NCBI GenBank assembly: GCA_049324275.1
Contig: JBMOLG010000010.1
Location: 70,266-134,265 of the forward strand
DNA: 64,000 nucleotides
Source of the DNA: Nanobdellota archaeon
GTDB taxonomy: Archaea; Nanobdellota; Nanobdellia; Pacearchaeales; GW2011-AR1
Direction: 5' to 3'
The notes below the pieces were generated by a model. It was given only the letters and a program-made list of their open reading frames with translations, did no database searches and was not told the origin of the DNA. Shown here one piece after another: positions 17,273-27,118 of this stretch; the first letter of the stretch is position 1, and every line of letters starts with the position of its first letter. The translations under genes and the position numbers were made by a program.

Positions 17273-19407
17273 TGGAAAGTAATAAACTTCAAAGATCGGA
17301 AAGAGAATTGAGAAAAAAATTAAATAAATCTTTTAGGGAGACTATGAATTCTCCTCTGTATAAAAAGGAAATAGACTATTTTATCAAATCTCTTGGATCT
17401 TCTAAAAAAAGAATTCTTGATTTATTATTTGATTATAATGTTTATTTGTTAAAAGATGAAACTTTTGAGAATGGGCGTTATTTTTCAAAAGAGATGAGCT
17501 TATTGATTTATCTGCATAATCTTCTTGCAGGATCTTATCATCAAGTTCGACAGAATGCTGTGATCGAATTTCTTAAGGAAGCTAGCCCAAAATCTATTTT
17601 GGAAATAGGTTTTGAAGCGCCATCTAAATATGTCTTTGAATATGTTTCAAATAATAATTGCAAACTCACATTATCAGATGTTGACCAAAACTCTTTAGAC
17701 TTTGCTAAGTTTATCCTTGATTATAAAAATGTCAGTGGTGTTGATTTTAATATTTTTGATTTGAATGATTTTAAAACTATCGGGGCCTTTGATGTATATC
17801 TTTTTATGGATTCTATTGAGCATGCTAAAAATCCTTCAGAATCTCTTAAAAAAATTGTTAAGCAATCTTCAAAAAATTCTAAATTTATTCTTTCGCTTCC
17901 AATCTGCAAGATTGATTCTTTTAGAGGATTTCATTTTATTGAATGGAAAACGGAAGAAGATGCCGAAAGATGGCTGAATGATTGCGGGCTAAAGATTGAT
18001 AGGAAGATAATCGCTAAGCCAAATCCTGAAGTTGATTATTTTTCTGATTTTGTTAAAGGGGGCTTTTATAACATTATTGTAAGATGCAGTAAAATAGATT
18101 TGATTAACAAAAGAACAGAATTCTTAAGAGAACGTTATCTTAATCAGCCGTACAAGATTAGTTTGGATGGATTTAATCTTGTGATTGATAAAGGCATATT
18201 TCCTCCTGAAACAGGAGCCACTTCATATATGATTGCAGAAGTTATTAAGAGATATTCTGTTAAGAAAGCCATTGATATGGGTTGCGGGAGCGGTTATTTT
18301 GCAATGATCTTAAAGAAGCAGGGAATAAAAGAAGTCTGGGCTGTGGATGATAATCCGCGGGCGGTAAAATGTGCTAAGGCAAATGCAGATTTAAACGATA
18401 TTGACAATATTTGTATTTTGGAAAGCGATTTGTTCTGTCAAGTCCCAAAATCTGAAAAGTTTGATCTAGTTGTGTTTAATCATCCCTATTATCCGCTTGA
18501 AGATCATTTTTTTGGAAGAACTGGTGAAGGGGGGGCTTCTATCATCAGAAGATTTTTAATGCAGGTCCAGGATTATTTGCAAAAAAATTCACGAATTATA
18601 ATGCCTTTTTCGGATTTCGCGGGCAAAGAAAATGATCCTAAAATTATTGCTGAAGAGATGGATTTTGACGTTTCAATTGTAAAGGAAATAGAGAATATTT
18701 ATGGAGTCCATTATCTTTATGAAATAAAACAGAGGAAAAGCCAGTATGATAATTTTTATGATAAATATTCTCAGGGATATGAAACTTTTTTTGAGAGTTT
18801 TGATGAATATCCATTATTAGTAAAAGATAGAATAAGCAATCTTTATGGGAAAAAATTGCTTGATATCGGATGCGGGATTGGGGATAATATAAATTATTTT
18901 TTTAATCTTGGAGCTGAAGTTTTTGGCATTGACGACTCTAAAGAGATGATTAATCAGGGTAAGAAGAAATATGCTAAACTTAGAAATTGTTTTATAAAAT
19001 CAAATTTTGAAAGCCTGCCTTTTGATGATGAATCATTTGATGTTATTAACAGCTCTTTTGCAATTCATTATGCTGAAGATCCTATAAATGCCTTTAAAGA
19101 GATTTTTAGGGTTTTAAAAAAAGAGGGGATTGCACATATTTTTGTTGCTCATCCTATGATGCCTTTTCTTTATAAGAATAATAAAGATTATCATAAACCG
19201 GAATTAGTTAAGTTGCCGCTTTTTGAAGGAAAGGTTTGGGTTAATGAGCATTCACATACCTTTTCAGATTATCTTAATAAATTTGTTTTGCAGAATTTTA
19301 ATCTTGAAGAATTTTATGAGGGAAAAAATACTCTTGTTGAAAAGAATATTGGCAATGAAATCGTAAAAGTTCCTACTTTTATTTATTTAAGGCTGGTGAA
19401 AAAATGA
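17272..19407 (+). CDS. Triple class I SAM-methyltransferase fusion (start revised to MESNKL)
   Basis: Three motif-I regions: ILEIGFEAP, IDMGCGSG (with NHPY, HemK/PrmC-like) and LLDIGCGIG; the ORF-track start overlaps TrmB, so ATG 17272 is preferred. Confidence 0.88.
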   Translation: MESNKLQRSERELRKKLNKSFRETMNSPLYKKEIDYFIKSLGSSKKRILDLLFDYNVYLLKDETFENGRYFSKEMSLLIYLHNLLAGSYHQVRQNAVIEFLKEASPKSILEIGFEAPSKYVFEYVSNNNCKLTLSDVDQNSLDFAKFILDYKNVSGVDFNIFDLNDFKTIGAFDVYLFMDSIEHAKNPSESLKKIVKQSSKNSKFILSLPICKIDSFRGFHFIEWKTEEDAERWLNDCGLKIDRKIIAKPNPEVDYFSDFVKGGFYNIIVRCSKIDLINKRTEFLRERYLNQPYKISLDGFNLVIDKGIFPPETGATSYMIAEVIKRYSVKKAIDMGCGSGYFAMILKKQGIKEVWAVDDNPRAVKCAKANADLNDIDNICILESDLFCQVPKSEKFDLVVFNHPYYPLEDHFFGRTGEGGASIIRRFLMQVQDYLQKNSRIIMPFSDFAGKENDPKIIAEEMDFDVSIVKEIENIYGVHYLYEIKQRKSQYDNFYDKYSQGYETFFESFDEYPLLVKDRISNLYGKKLLDIGCGIGDNINYFFNLGAEVFGIDDSKEMINQGKKKYAKLRNCFIKSNFESLPFDDESFDVINSSFAIHYAEDPINAFKEIFRVLKKEGIAHIFVAHPMMPFLYKNNKDYHKPELVKLPLFEGKVWVNEHSHTFSDYLNKFVLQNFNLEEFYEGKNTLVEKNIGNEIVKVPTFIYLRLVKK

Positions 19408-19964
19408 AAATAATTGTCAGCAAAATAAAAAAATTTGTGGAAGAGGAATGCAAAAAATCTACGAGCAAATATGGCTATGAACATTATTTACATCATATTT
19501 TGCTTGTAACTAAATATGCCAAAAGATTAGCAAAAGAATTTAATGTTGATGAAGAAGTTATAGAAATTGCGGCATTGCTTCATGATATTGGTTCTACAAA
19601 ATATGGCCGTAAAAATCATCACATTAACGGTGCCAAAATTGCAGAGAAAAAATTAAGAGAATTTGAATATGAAAATGAGAAAATTGTTAAAATTAAAAAT
19701 TGTATCCTAAATCATCGTGGATCTATTCATTCTCAGAGGAAAAGCATTGAGGAGAAGATTATTGCTGATGCGGATGCAATATCTGTTTTTGACAATATTG
19801 AAGGCCAATTTAATGCAGCTTTTGTATTTGAGAAGAAAACGCAAAAGCAAGCAAGAAAATCTGTAAAAAGAAAAATAATAAACTCCTGGAAAAAAATTTC
19901 ATTAATCCCCTCAAAAAATCTAGTCAGAAAAAAATTTAATGCCACTATGATTCTGTTCAAATAA
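19404..19964 (+). CDS. HD-domain phosphohydrolase
   Basis: H..V..A..LA..IAALLHDIG..HH..GA..HRG..IIADADAI; ATGA overlap. Confidence 0.92.
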   Translation: MKIIVSKIKKFVEEECKKSTSKYGYEHYLHHILLVTKYAKRLAKEFNVDEEVIEIAALLHDIGSTKYGRKNHHINGAKIAEKKLREFEYENEKIVKIKNCILNHRGSIHSQRKSIEEKIIADADAISVFDNIEGQFNAAFVFEKKTQKQARKSVKRKIINSWKKISLIPSKNLVRKKFNATMILFK

Positions 19965-20002
19965 TTAGATAAAGTTATAAATAAAAAATAAATTTTACAT
20001 GA

Positions 20003-20617
20003 ATGAAGAGTTCAACATTAATCACAATAGCTTTAATTTCTTTGTTTATATTTGCAATATTGTTGGCTGAAATAAACAAAAATCCTTTTATATTCTTAGA
20101 TTTGTCAGCGAATTCTTATATACCAAAAATTCAAAATCATTTTTTTATAAGTTTTTTTCGAATGATTGGAATTATTTTTGATACGCTTATCATACTATTA
20201 ATCTCTTTATTATTATCTGGATTTCTTTGGATTAAATCTTTCAAAAAAGAATCTGTCTTTCTTAGTTTTACGATTATATTGAATAGTGTGATAATTTTTT
20301 TATTAAAAAATTTTATTCAAAGAACAAGGCCCCTGAATGCACTTATATTAGAAAACAGCTTTTCTTTTCCAAGCGGCCATACTACGACCGCAGTTGTATT
20401 CTTCGGAATTTTAAGCTTTTTAATTTTTAAAAAAATGCACTCTATTTCATTAAAAATCTTTTCAATTATCTTTTCAATTTTTATGATGTTATTGATTGGA
20501 TTTTCAAGACTGTATCTAAATGTTCATTGGGCGACTGATATCTTAGCAGGGTTCTCGTTAGGGATTTTTATTATTAGTCTGAGTATTTTGATGTTTGAGA
20601 ATATTAAATTTAATTAA
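20003..20617 (+). CDS. PAP2-family membrane phosphatase
   Basis: K..IQRTRP, SFPSGH, SRLYLNVHWATD. Confidence 0.93.
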   Translation: MKSSTLITIALISLFIFAILLAEINKNPFIFLDLSANSYIPKIQNHFFISFFRMIGIIFDTLIILLISLLLSGFLWIKSFKKESVFLSFTIILNSVIIFLLKNFIQRTRPLNALILENSFSFPSGHTTTAVVFFGILSFLIFKKMHSISLKIFSIIFSIFMMLLIGFSRLYLNVHWATDILAGFSLGIFIISLSILMFENIKFN

Positions 20618-21013
20618 CATTCAGAAATAAAAGTTATTTTTTTCAATCCTTTTTAGTTGTTAATTTGAATGCGATATGCCTACGCATTACTTTATTCTAA
20701 GGATTAACTCTCCCATCGTTTTTCTCACGATAATCAAATTTATACTTTTTATAATCTATATTTCTTAATAAAATTCTTTATTACATGATTCATTTTCTCT
20801 ATTAATATACATCTTTCTATAACCGTGATCTGAATTAACTCAACTAAATCTTTTTGACTGCTGATACTTCCTACGCTTCCTCAACAAATTCTGGCTTATA
20901 AAGCTCTACCTCTTCTTTCTAATGATTTGTTTTTTTAAGTTTTACATAAAATAACAAAAAGAAGCTAGTTTAAAAAGAATTCTCCGACGATAAATCAAAA
21001 TTATTAATGATAA

Positions 21014-21694
21014 TTATGTTTTAAAGTATTTAACCGCAAAGGCTCTTACAAACTTATCAATTTCTAAAAATATTGGAATTGCTTGAGATTTATCTTCTTC
21101 ACTCTTAAGGATGTGTGCTATTGGTCTAAATTCTTTCGAACTCTTAAGCATTAATGGTTGTCCTTTTTTTATCAATTTTTTTCTCGCTTGTTCTTCAGTA
21201 ATCTTTCCGCTTCTTACTAATCCATCTAATTCTTTTAATTCCTCAACAATATTTAGGACTTCCCCTGCTAGAACATATTTTCCTTTTGTTAGTTTAATTT
21301 TGTTATAGTGAGCATAAGGATTTCTTAATTCATCTCTTTTGGATTTCAAAAAGTTTAACTCCTCTTGACTTAAATAATTCAACGATTGACATTTAAAAAT
21401 AGCATTTCCAAAATTCATTTTCTCTATTTCTTCATCTTTTATTCCTTCATTAAATAATCTTTCTTTTGTGATGGTTTCTAAGAGGATTCCACAAAGAACT
21501 AATGAAGCATTATAGAAACCATAAGCAGTTAGAAAATAAGTCTGAAAATATAGGGCTCTCAAATGACTTTCCATAAATGGGAGTTCTTCATTAGGGAGTT
21601 TATCGAGATTTTCATTCAATTTTACTTTTAAGTTTTCTAATTCTATTTCAACTAATTTATTCTTATCATCAAAAAGTTTATTTGGCTTTTCCAT
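21014..21694 (-). CDS. HEPN-domain protein (DUF4145-like, putative RNase); start revised to MEKPNK
   Basis: GFYNASLVLCGILLE...FGNAI...DELRNPYAH (R-x4-H HEPN motif). Confidence 0.75.
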   Translation of the reverse strand: MEKPNKLFDDKNKLVEIELENLKVKLNENLDKLPNEELPFMESHLRALYFQTYFLTAYGFYNASLVLCGILLETITKERLFNEGIKDEEIEKMNFGNAIFKCQSLNYLSQEELNFLKSKRDELRNPYAHYNKIKLTKGKYVLAGEVLNIVEELKELDGLVRSGKITEEQARKKLIKKGQPLMLKSSKEFRPIAHILKSEEDKSQAIPIFLEIDKFVRAFAVKYFKT

Positions 21695-21710
21695 ATATAA
21701 TGTTATGATC

Positions 21711-22493
21711 TTAGTTTTTCTTCTTAAAATGTCTTCTAATTGAGAAACAAATAACAATCGCACCTATTATTATCCCCGCCGAAATAACACAAACTACTAC
21801 ACTCATTGGGAATGTTGGAACTTTTACTAAAAGCCAAATAAAAAATGAAAATAAACTTGCAAGTATAAAAATAAACGTTGTTAAAAAGATTCCCAAATCA
21901 TAAAAGAATGCCTGTGGTTTAGGATACGTTCTGCTCTTCTCATACCGAGTATTCAACCCTAAAAGGATAAGGTAGATTAAAAAAATTGGAAATGGGGCAT
22001 AAAGCATTGTGGAAGCAACTACTTTAAGAACAACCCCTATGCCTATTGTATCAAAAATTTTACCATCTGGATAAATTTGAAGAATTCCAAACATGACCGC
22101 AACTAATAAAGTAATAATTGCTAACTTCATAAGTTCATTATCCTTTTCTTTTAATTCCAATTTTTGAGATTTGATTATAGGAGTTGATACTATCTTCTCT
22201 TGAATATGATTTCTTTTAGGTTGAATGGTAGAAATTTTGTCTTCTTCAATGTCAATTATTAAATCATTAAAAGATTTTTTTCTCCATGCTTCAAGAATTA
22301 AGTCTAAAAAGCATCCAAATAGAGCAATAATAAGAACCAATATTCCATCCATCTTACCTTGTAACCAAAGAACAAATAAGGGAAGAACTACTATTCCAAA
22401 ACAAGCAATAAGAACTTTTGTTTCATATTTTTCAAAACAAGTTAAGTATGTTTTTCTCAATTCTAATATTTCTTTTTGTTTGTCAATTGTCAT
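21711..22493 (-). CDS. Hypothetical multi-pass membrane protein
   Basis: About six hydrophobic helices in two blocks separated by a soluble linker. Confidence 0.75.
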   Translation of the reverse strand: MTIDKQKEILELRKTYLTCFEKYETKVLIACFGIVVLPLFVLWLQGKMDGILVLIIALFGCFLDLILEAWRKKSFNDLIIDIEEDKISTIQPKRNHIQEKIVSTPIIKSQKLELKEKDNELMKLAIITLLVAVMFGILQIYPDGKIFDTIGIGVVLKVVASTMLYAPFPIFLIYLILLGLNTRYEKSRTYPKPQAFFYDLGIFLTTFIFILASLFSFFIWLLVKVPTFPMSVVVCVISAGIIIGAIVICFSIRRHFKKKN

Positions 22494-22494
22494 T

Positions 22495-23028
22495 TTATTC
22501 TACCAATACAAATTGAGAATTTGTTTTTCTTTGATATTTACATTGTGTTGGATAATAACCTTTTATTTCACCAAACAGATTATTAATAAATCCAGATATA
22601 GATTTGTCGCTATTTTTCAAGACTTCATAATTATATGAGAAACTATCAACGCTCTTATTCACCTCAAAATAAACTTCTTCATCAAAGTAATAATTTTGTG
22701 AATTTTCTAAAGCTGTAAAATGCACAAATACATCACTTCCATTAATAACATTATATGGTCTTTTTGTTTCATTAAGGAGGGTAATATTTTTTCCATGGAA
22801 ATGTAAAATTATAGATGCTTGAGTATCACCAGTGTTGGAGATTCCTAATTTTACAGATTGTTTTGTAACTTCATTTATATATTGTGAACCAATTTCTTTA
22901 GGACAAGGTCCTAATTTATATCCCACTAAGGGCCTACTGTTTACTCCTGTTTGAATTATCCATACTATTAGTCCCAATATGACTACGGTGAATATAGCTA
23001 ATAGCCATTGATTTGTATGACCTGCCAT
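22495..23028 (-). CDS. Hypothetical single-TM protein with extracellular beta domain
   Basis: MAGHTNQWLLAIFTVVILGLIVWII then ISNTGD Ig-like strand pattern; 1-bp gap to the next gene. Confidence 0.7.
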   Translation of the reverse strand: MAGHTNQWLLAIFTVVILGLIVWIIQTGVNSRPLVGYKLGPCPKEIGSQYINEVTKQSVKLGISNTGDTQASIILHFHGKNITLLNETKRPYNVINGSDVFVHFTALENSQNYYFDEEVYFEVNKSVDSFSYNYEVLKNSDKSISGFINNLFGEIKGYYPTQCKYQRKTNSQFVLVE

Positions 23029-23094
23029 AGTAAAACAATAAAACAAGACTATTTAGGACTTTGGTTTTTCAGACTGAATGGAAAAATCTTAATC

Positions 23095-23264
23095 TTTGCT
23101 CTTTGTAAAAACTTAAAATTTCATAATCTTTTATAATATTAGAAAATTTTTGTCTTATTCTGTTCTATCAATTCTCTAATTTTAACTTCTCCAAAGCCCT
23201 TTCAATTCTAGTTATAATTATGAATAAAATTTATCCCCTCTTTTATGTTATTATTATCTGTCAT
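23095..23264 (-). pseudogene. Degraded gene remnant
   Basis: TATATAAA about 25 nt upstream of ATG 23264; frame reads MTDNNNIKEGINFIHNYN*N*KGFGEVKIRELIEQNKTKIF* with in-frame stops; 3' boundary approximate. Confidence 0.35.
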
Positions 23265-23434
23265 AAAAAATAAATCAAATGTTAGTTTATATATCTTGAT
23301 CGTAGAGTTATAAACGAGATTAGATAAACGTCTCAAAATAACAGTTATCAAAATGAATTAATGCACCTTAAGAAAACTAAATTAAATAATCTTATATTTA
23401 TTCAATTTATTTTGCTTTATCTTAAATTTTAATA

Positions 23435-23547
23435 TGCCCCTACGAGGATTTGAACCTCGGTCTTCTCCTCTTTGCCTTTATTCATTTTCTTCTTTAATTT
23501 ACTTGATAGTCCGCAAGGAGAAATTCTATCCGCTGAACTATAGGAGC
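23435..23547 (-). tRNA. tRNA-Arg(GCG) with 41-nt intron at 37/38 (23470-23510)
   Basis: GCTCCTA/TAGGGGC acceptor, TCTCC-TTGCGG|A-GGAGA anticodon arm, GGTTCAAATCC T-arm; BHB helix TTGC:GCAA. Confidence 0.95.
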
Positions 23548-23648
23548 ATATATCTTTATTGATTGCAGATTTAAAAAATTTAGCTTCAAAATTTCTGAAG
23601 AGAAAATAGAAACATTTAAATATATGCTCATTTTTTTATCCCAAAGAG

Positions 23649-26600
23649 ATGGTGAAAAATAATCTTGGAAAATCTAAATTTACGATTAGTCTAGTAATTC
23701 TATTTCTAATTTTAATAACAATAATTTTTGTAAATTATGCTCTTGCCAATCATGTCATTACAACATCTAATGGTGGTACGAATTATAATTTAAATGAAAA
23801 TACTTACAATATCTATAATATAACTGTAAATAATACTGATGATATTGAAGGAGCAAATATATCTGCGGTTAATATAACAATACCAAGTACTTTTAATTTT
23901 ACTTTAAATAGTAATGGGACAAATGCAGGAATACACAATTTTACTAATACAAGTACTGTATTGAACTGGAAAACCGATGGCTTGATCATGAATCTTACAT
24001 ATAAATATTTCTGGTTTAATGTTAGTGCCCCTGCTGGTAATTATAATATTACTATCATAACAAAGAATGCTACAGGCTTTTCTTCTTCAAATATTACTGT
24101 AACAATTAATGATACAACTGTGCCTGTAATAGCACTAAATGCTCCTGCTAATGCGACTACAAGCACTACTAATACATATAATTTTACTTTTAATGTTTCT
24201 GACCGAAGCACTGTTTCAAATTGCAGTTTAATTTTTGACAGCACGGTTATTAATCGCTTAACAAGCGTATCAACCAGTGCTGTCAATGGTTTATATAATA
24301 CTTCATTATTGCCTGGTGTACATATATGGAGCATAAATTGTACTGATTCAGCAGGCAATGTTGGTAACAGTATTGCTCGAACTTTGACAGTGACTGGATT
24401 TAATTTTACTTTTTCAGGTTATATTTTGAATAGCACTGGTTCAAATCAATCAAATGCAAATATTTCAATTTATAAAGTTACAATGGGACAAATAGGACCT
24501 CCAGTAGAGACTTTAATTAACTCAACTAATACAAGTTCAACAGGATTTTTTAAATTATGGGTAAATACCAATGGCCAAATGACAAATACTATGTTTAGAT
24601 TAAAATTAGCTTATTATAACGCAAGCAACCCTGTGCAGGCTTTAGAGACAGGACCAAGTATGCCTGAATTTCCAATGATGATGTTTGACCCTACTATGGG
24701 GGGGATGATGGATTTAAGTTCGATACCGGAATATATGAGGCCTCCAAATTTAAATGGATCAAATTTTAATTTGCAGCCAGCTATTACCCTTAACATTACT
24801 GCCCAAGGAAAAAATGAAAGTGCTACAATTAATCAAAGATTTGGTTATGAAATCATGGATTTAAAATCAGGATTTCCTATTCAAAGCAAAATACAGGGAA
24901 ATGAAACATATTATTCAGTAGTTGTTCCTGCAGGTCGAAATTATAATATCATGGCTTTAAGACAATGGGGAACTTTTACAGAAGATGGGACATGTAATGG
25001 AAACTTTTTTAATGATACACATTGCCCAAGCCCTCCAAAATCTAATGCAAGCTTGGGGAGTTCTACAACAACTGGAGGAGAAATTATCCAGGTAGTATTT
25101 AATTTAACAGAATCTAAGTATTATCTTTCTGGTTGTATAAATGTTTCTGGAAATAGCACTGCTGTTACAAATATAACGCAGATCTTTCCGAAAATGCTTC
25201 CATTTCCGGGATTCGTTCCTCCTATGAAAGCAGATGATGAGAGCATCAATTTATCTAACACTCTTCAATTAAATTATTCTGATTTAAGATGTTCAGGGCA
25301 ACTTGCATGGTATAATATTAGTTTATTAGATGGAAATTATCTAATTGAATTTTATGGCTCTAATAATAAAACAAATGGGGCTAATGGCCAAAGTGGATAT
25401 ACTGTAGGTGCAGTACAAAATTTAACTTTGTCTGCTAATACAAATTTCAACATTACATTAATGCCGATGTTAGGTGATTGGTATACTGCCGGTCTTACAG
25501 ATGTTAATACAACAAAAGTAATGATAAATGTAACGAATGCAACTGGCGGAGCCTTAACTCAGACTCCTCATATGGAAATGGTTATTTATTATCCTCATAC
25601 TGGAAAATTGCATTATTTCTTTGAAACTTCCTCAGGAGCTGCAAGTTCAGTATTCTATTTTCCTATTATTAATATGACTGGTGCATGGGCAAGGGTGAAT
25701 ATTTTTCCACAAGGTCCTCCAATCGAAAAAAAATTAAATCTAACAAGAGCTAATCAAACAATTGCTATGGAAGATGATGATGGATTTGGATTTAAAAAAA
25801 TAGATTCAAATGGCAATGCAATTGATATGAATATTACCGAATCTCCTATTAGGATGAAATTTTGGAGAAATTCTGCTTCTTGCAATGTTGTGACTCCAAA
25901 CGAATCTTCATGTTTAATAACAAGTATGAATGCAGAGAATTTCAATCCATTAAAAGTTATGCTTGCAGGAAAAGTGAATTTAGAGATGACAATAACTGCT
26001 ACTAATGTTTCATTAATGTTTATGGATTTTGATATGTTCAATGCAAAACCTCCTACAAATTCTATATTTGATGAAAATGCAGAATCATCCTCTGGGCAGG
26101 ATGTATGGAAGTTTGGTAGTTTTGCTCCAAAAGATGCTTATAAGGAAGTATTAATCAAGATCCCATATAATACTTCAACAATAGACGAAAGTGCTTCTAT
26201 AAATGCAAGCGTTCCTGTATTATATGATGAAAACAATAATGTTGTTTGGAATCGTTCTGCTGGCTATACACAAGCAAATTTAACTACTGATTATTTGGAG
26301 AAGACTCATGTAGATAACAGCAGTATAGATTATAGTTATAATTCAACTGGATTCAGAAATTTTTTAAATGCAGGCGGGCAGGAATGCAATAAGACTAATA
26401 ATAATATGAGCGAATTTTATTGCCACGTTAATACTACTACAAATATGATTTACATGCGATTACCTCATTTCTCAACTGTATCTCCTACAGTAACTGGACA
26501 AGCAATTAGCACTTCCACTTCTAGTACCTCATCAAGTAGTTCTGGGGGTTCTGTCATAACAACCACTTTTTGGACAAAAGGTACATTAAAAGTTATTGAT

Positions 26601-27107
26601 ACAGAACTAAGCCAGGGAATTTCAAAACTTGTTCAATCCAAACAAAGATTAGAAATAAAGGTAAATGATGAAAATCATCATGTAGGGGTAATTTCAGTTG
26701 ATTCTAATTCAGTTATTGTAAATGTTTCTTCTTTGCCTCAACAAGCTACTCTTTATGTCGGGCAAGAAAAGAAATTTGAAGTTAACGAAGATAGATATTA
26801 TGATGTGTTAGTAAGGTTTAATGGAATAGTAAATAATTTTGCTAATATCACTGTAAAAAGCATACATGAAGAGCTTCCAATCATCAAAGAAGAATCAATG
26901 GAAACTTCTGCAACAGGTAATATAATAAAAAAAGAAGATTCTTTAATATCCGAAAATGAAAAACAAGAAGAGGCTTCTTCTACTAATTCTAATTGGAAAA
27001 TCTGGGTAATAGTATTAATTATACTTGTTATTTTAATAGTAGTTTTATCAATAATCTATTATCAGAATAAGCATGATTATACCCATAAGATTAAATACAA
27101 AGATTAA
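23649..27107 (+). CDS. S-layer-like cell-surface glycoprotein (1152 aa)
   Basis: Signal peptide, very dense N-x-S/T sequons, Ig-like domains, Ser/Thr linker (STSTSSTSSSSSGG), C-terminal TM anchor. Confidence 0.85.
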   Translation: MVKNNLGKSKFTISLVILFLILITIIFVNYALANHVITTSNGGTNYNLNENTYNIYNITVNNTDDIEGANISAVNITIPSTFNFTLNSNGTNAGIHNFTNTSTVLNWKTDGLIMNLTYKYFWFNVSAPAGNYNITIITKNATGFSSSNITVTINDTTVPVIALNAPANATTSTTNTYNFTFNVSDRSTVSNCSLIFDSTVINRLTSVSTSAVNGLYNTSLLPGVHIWSINCTDSAGNVGNSIARTLTVTGFNFTFSGYILNSTGSNQSNANISIYKVTMGQIGPPVETLINSTNTSSTGFFKLWVNTNGQMTNTMFRLKLAYYNASNPVQALETGPSMPEFPMMMFDPTMGGMMDLSSIPEYMRPPNLNGSNFNLQPAITLNITAQGKNESATINQRFGYEIMDLKSGFPIQSKIQGNETYYSVVVPAGRNYNIMALRQWGTFTEDGTCNGNFFNDTHCPSPPKSNASLGSSTTTGGEIIQVVFNLTESKYYLSGCINVSGNSTAVTNITQIFPKMLPFPGFVPPMKADDESINLSNTLQLNYSDLRCSGQLAWYNISLLDGNYLIEFYGSNNKTNGANGQSGYTVGAVQNLTLSANTNFNITLMPMLGDWYTAGLTDVNTTKVMINVTNATGGALTQTPHMEMVIYYPHTGKLHYFFETSSGAASSVFYFPIINMTGAWARVNIFPQGPPIEKKLNLTRANQTIAMEDDDGFGFKKIDSNGNAIDMNITESPIRMKFWRNSASCNVVTPNESSCLITSMNAENFNPLKVMLAGKVNLEMTITATNVSLMFMDFDMFNAKPPTNSIFDENAESSSGQDVWKFGSFAPKDAYKEVLIKIPYNTSTIDESASINASVPVLYDENNNVVWNRSAGYTQANLTTDYLEKTHVDNSSIDYSYNSTGFRNFLNAGGQECNKTNNNMSEFYCHVNTTTNMIYMRLPHFSTVSPTVTGQAISTSTSSTSSSSSGGSVITTTFWTKGTLKVIDTELSQGISKLVQSKQRLEIKVNDENHHVGVISVDSNSVIVNVSSLPQQATLYVGQEKKFEVNEDRYYDVLVRFNGIVNNFANITVKSIHEELPIIKEESMETSATGNIIKKEDSLISENEKQEEASSTNSNWKIWVIVLIILVILIVVLSIIYYQNKHDYTHKIKYKD

Positions 27108-27118
27108 TCTTTTTTTAT

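Noticed and set aside
20860-20920. Fragment KEEVELYKPEFVEE resembling archaeal antitoxin C-termini
   Set aside because: Only about 15 codons between stops, with no valid start and no toxin partner
20780-23264. Stop-codon reassignment suggested by in-frame stops in intergenic remnants
   Set aside because: TAA, TAG and TGA all terminate conserved genes correctly elsewhere; the stops are better explained by decay
17227-23311. 13-bp repeat ATCGTAGAGTTAT at 17227 and 23299, considered as island boundaries
   Set aside because: Exact 13-mer pairs are expected by chance in 64 kb of AT-rich DNA; no link to a tRNA or integrase
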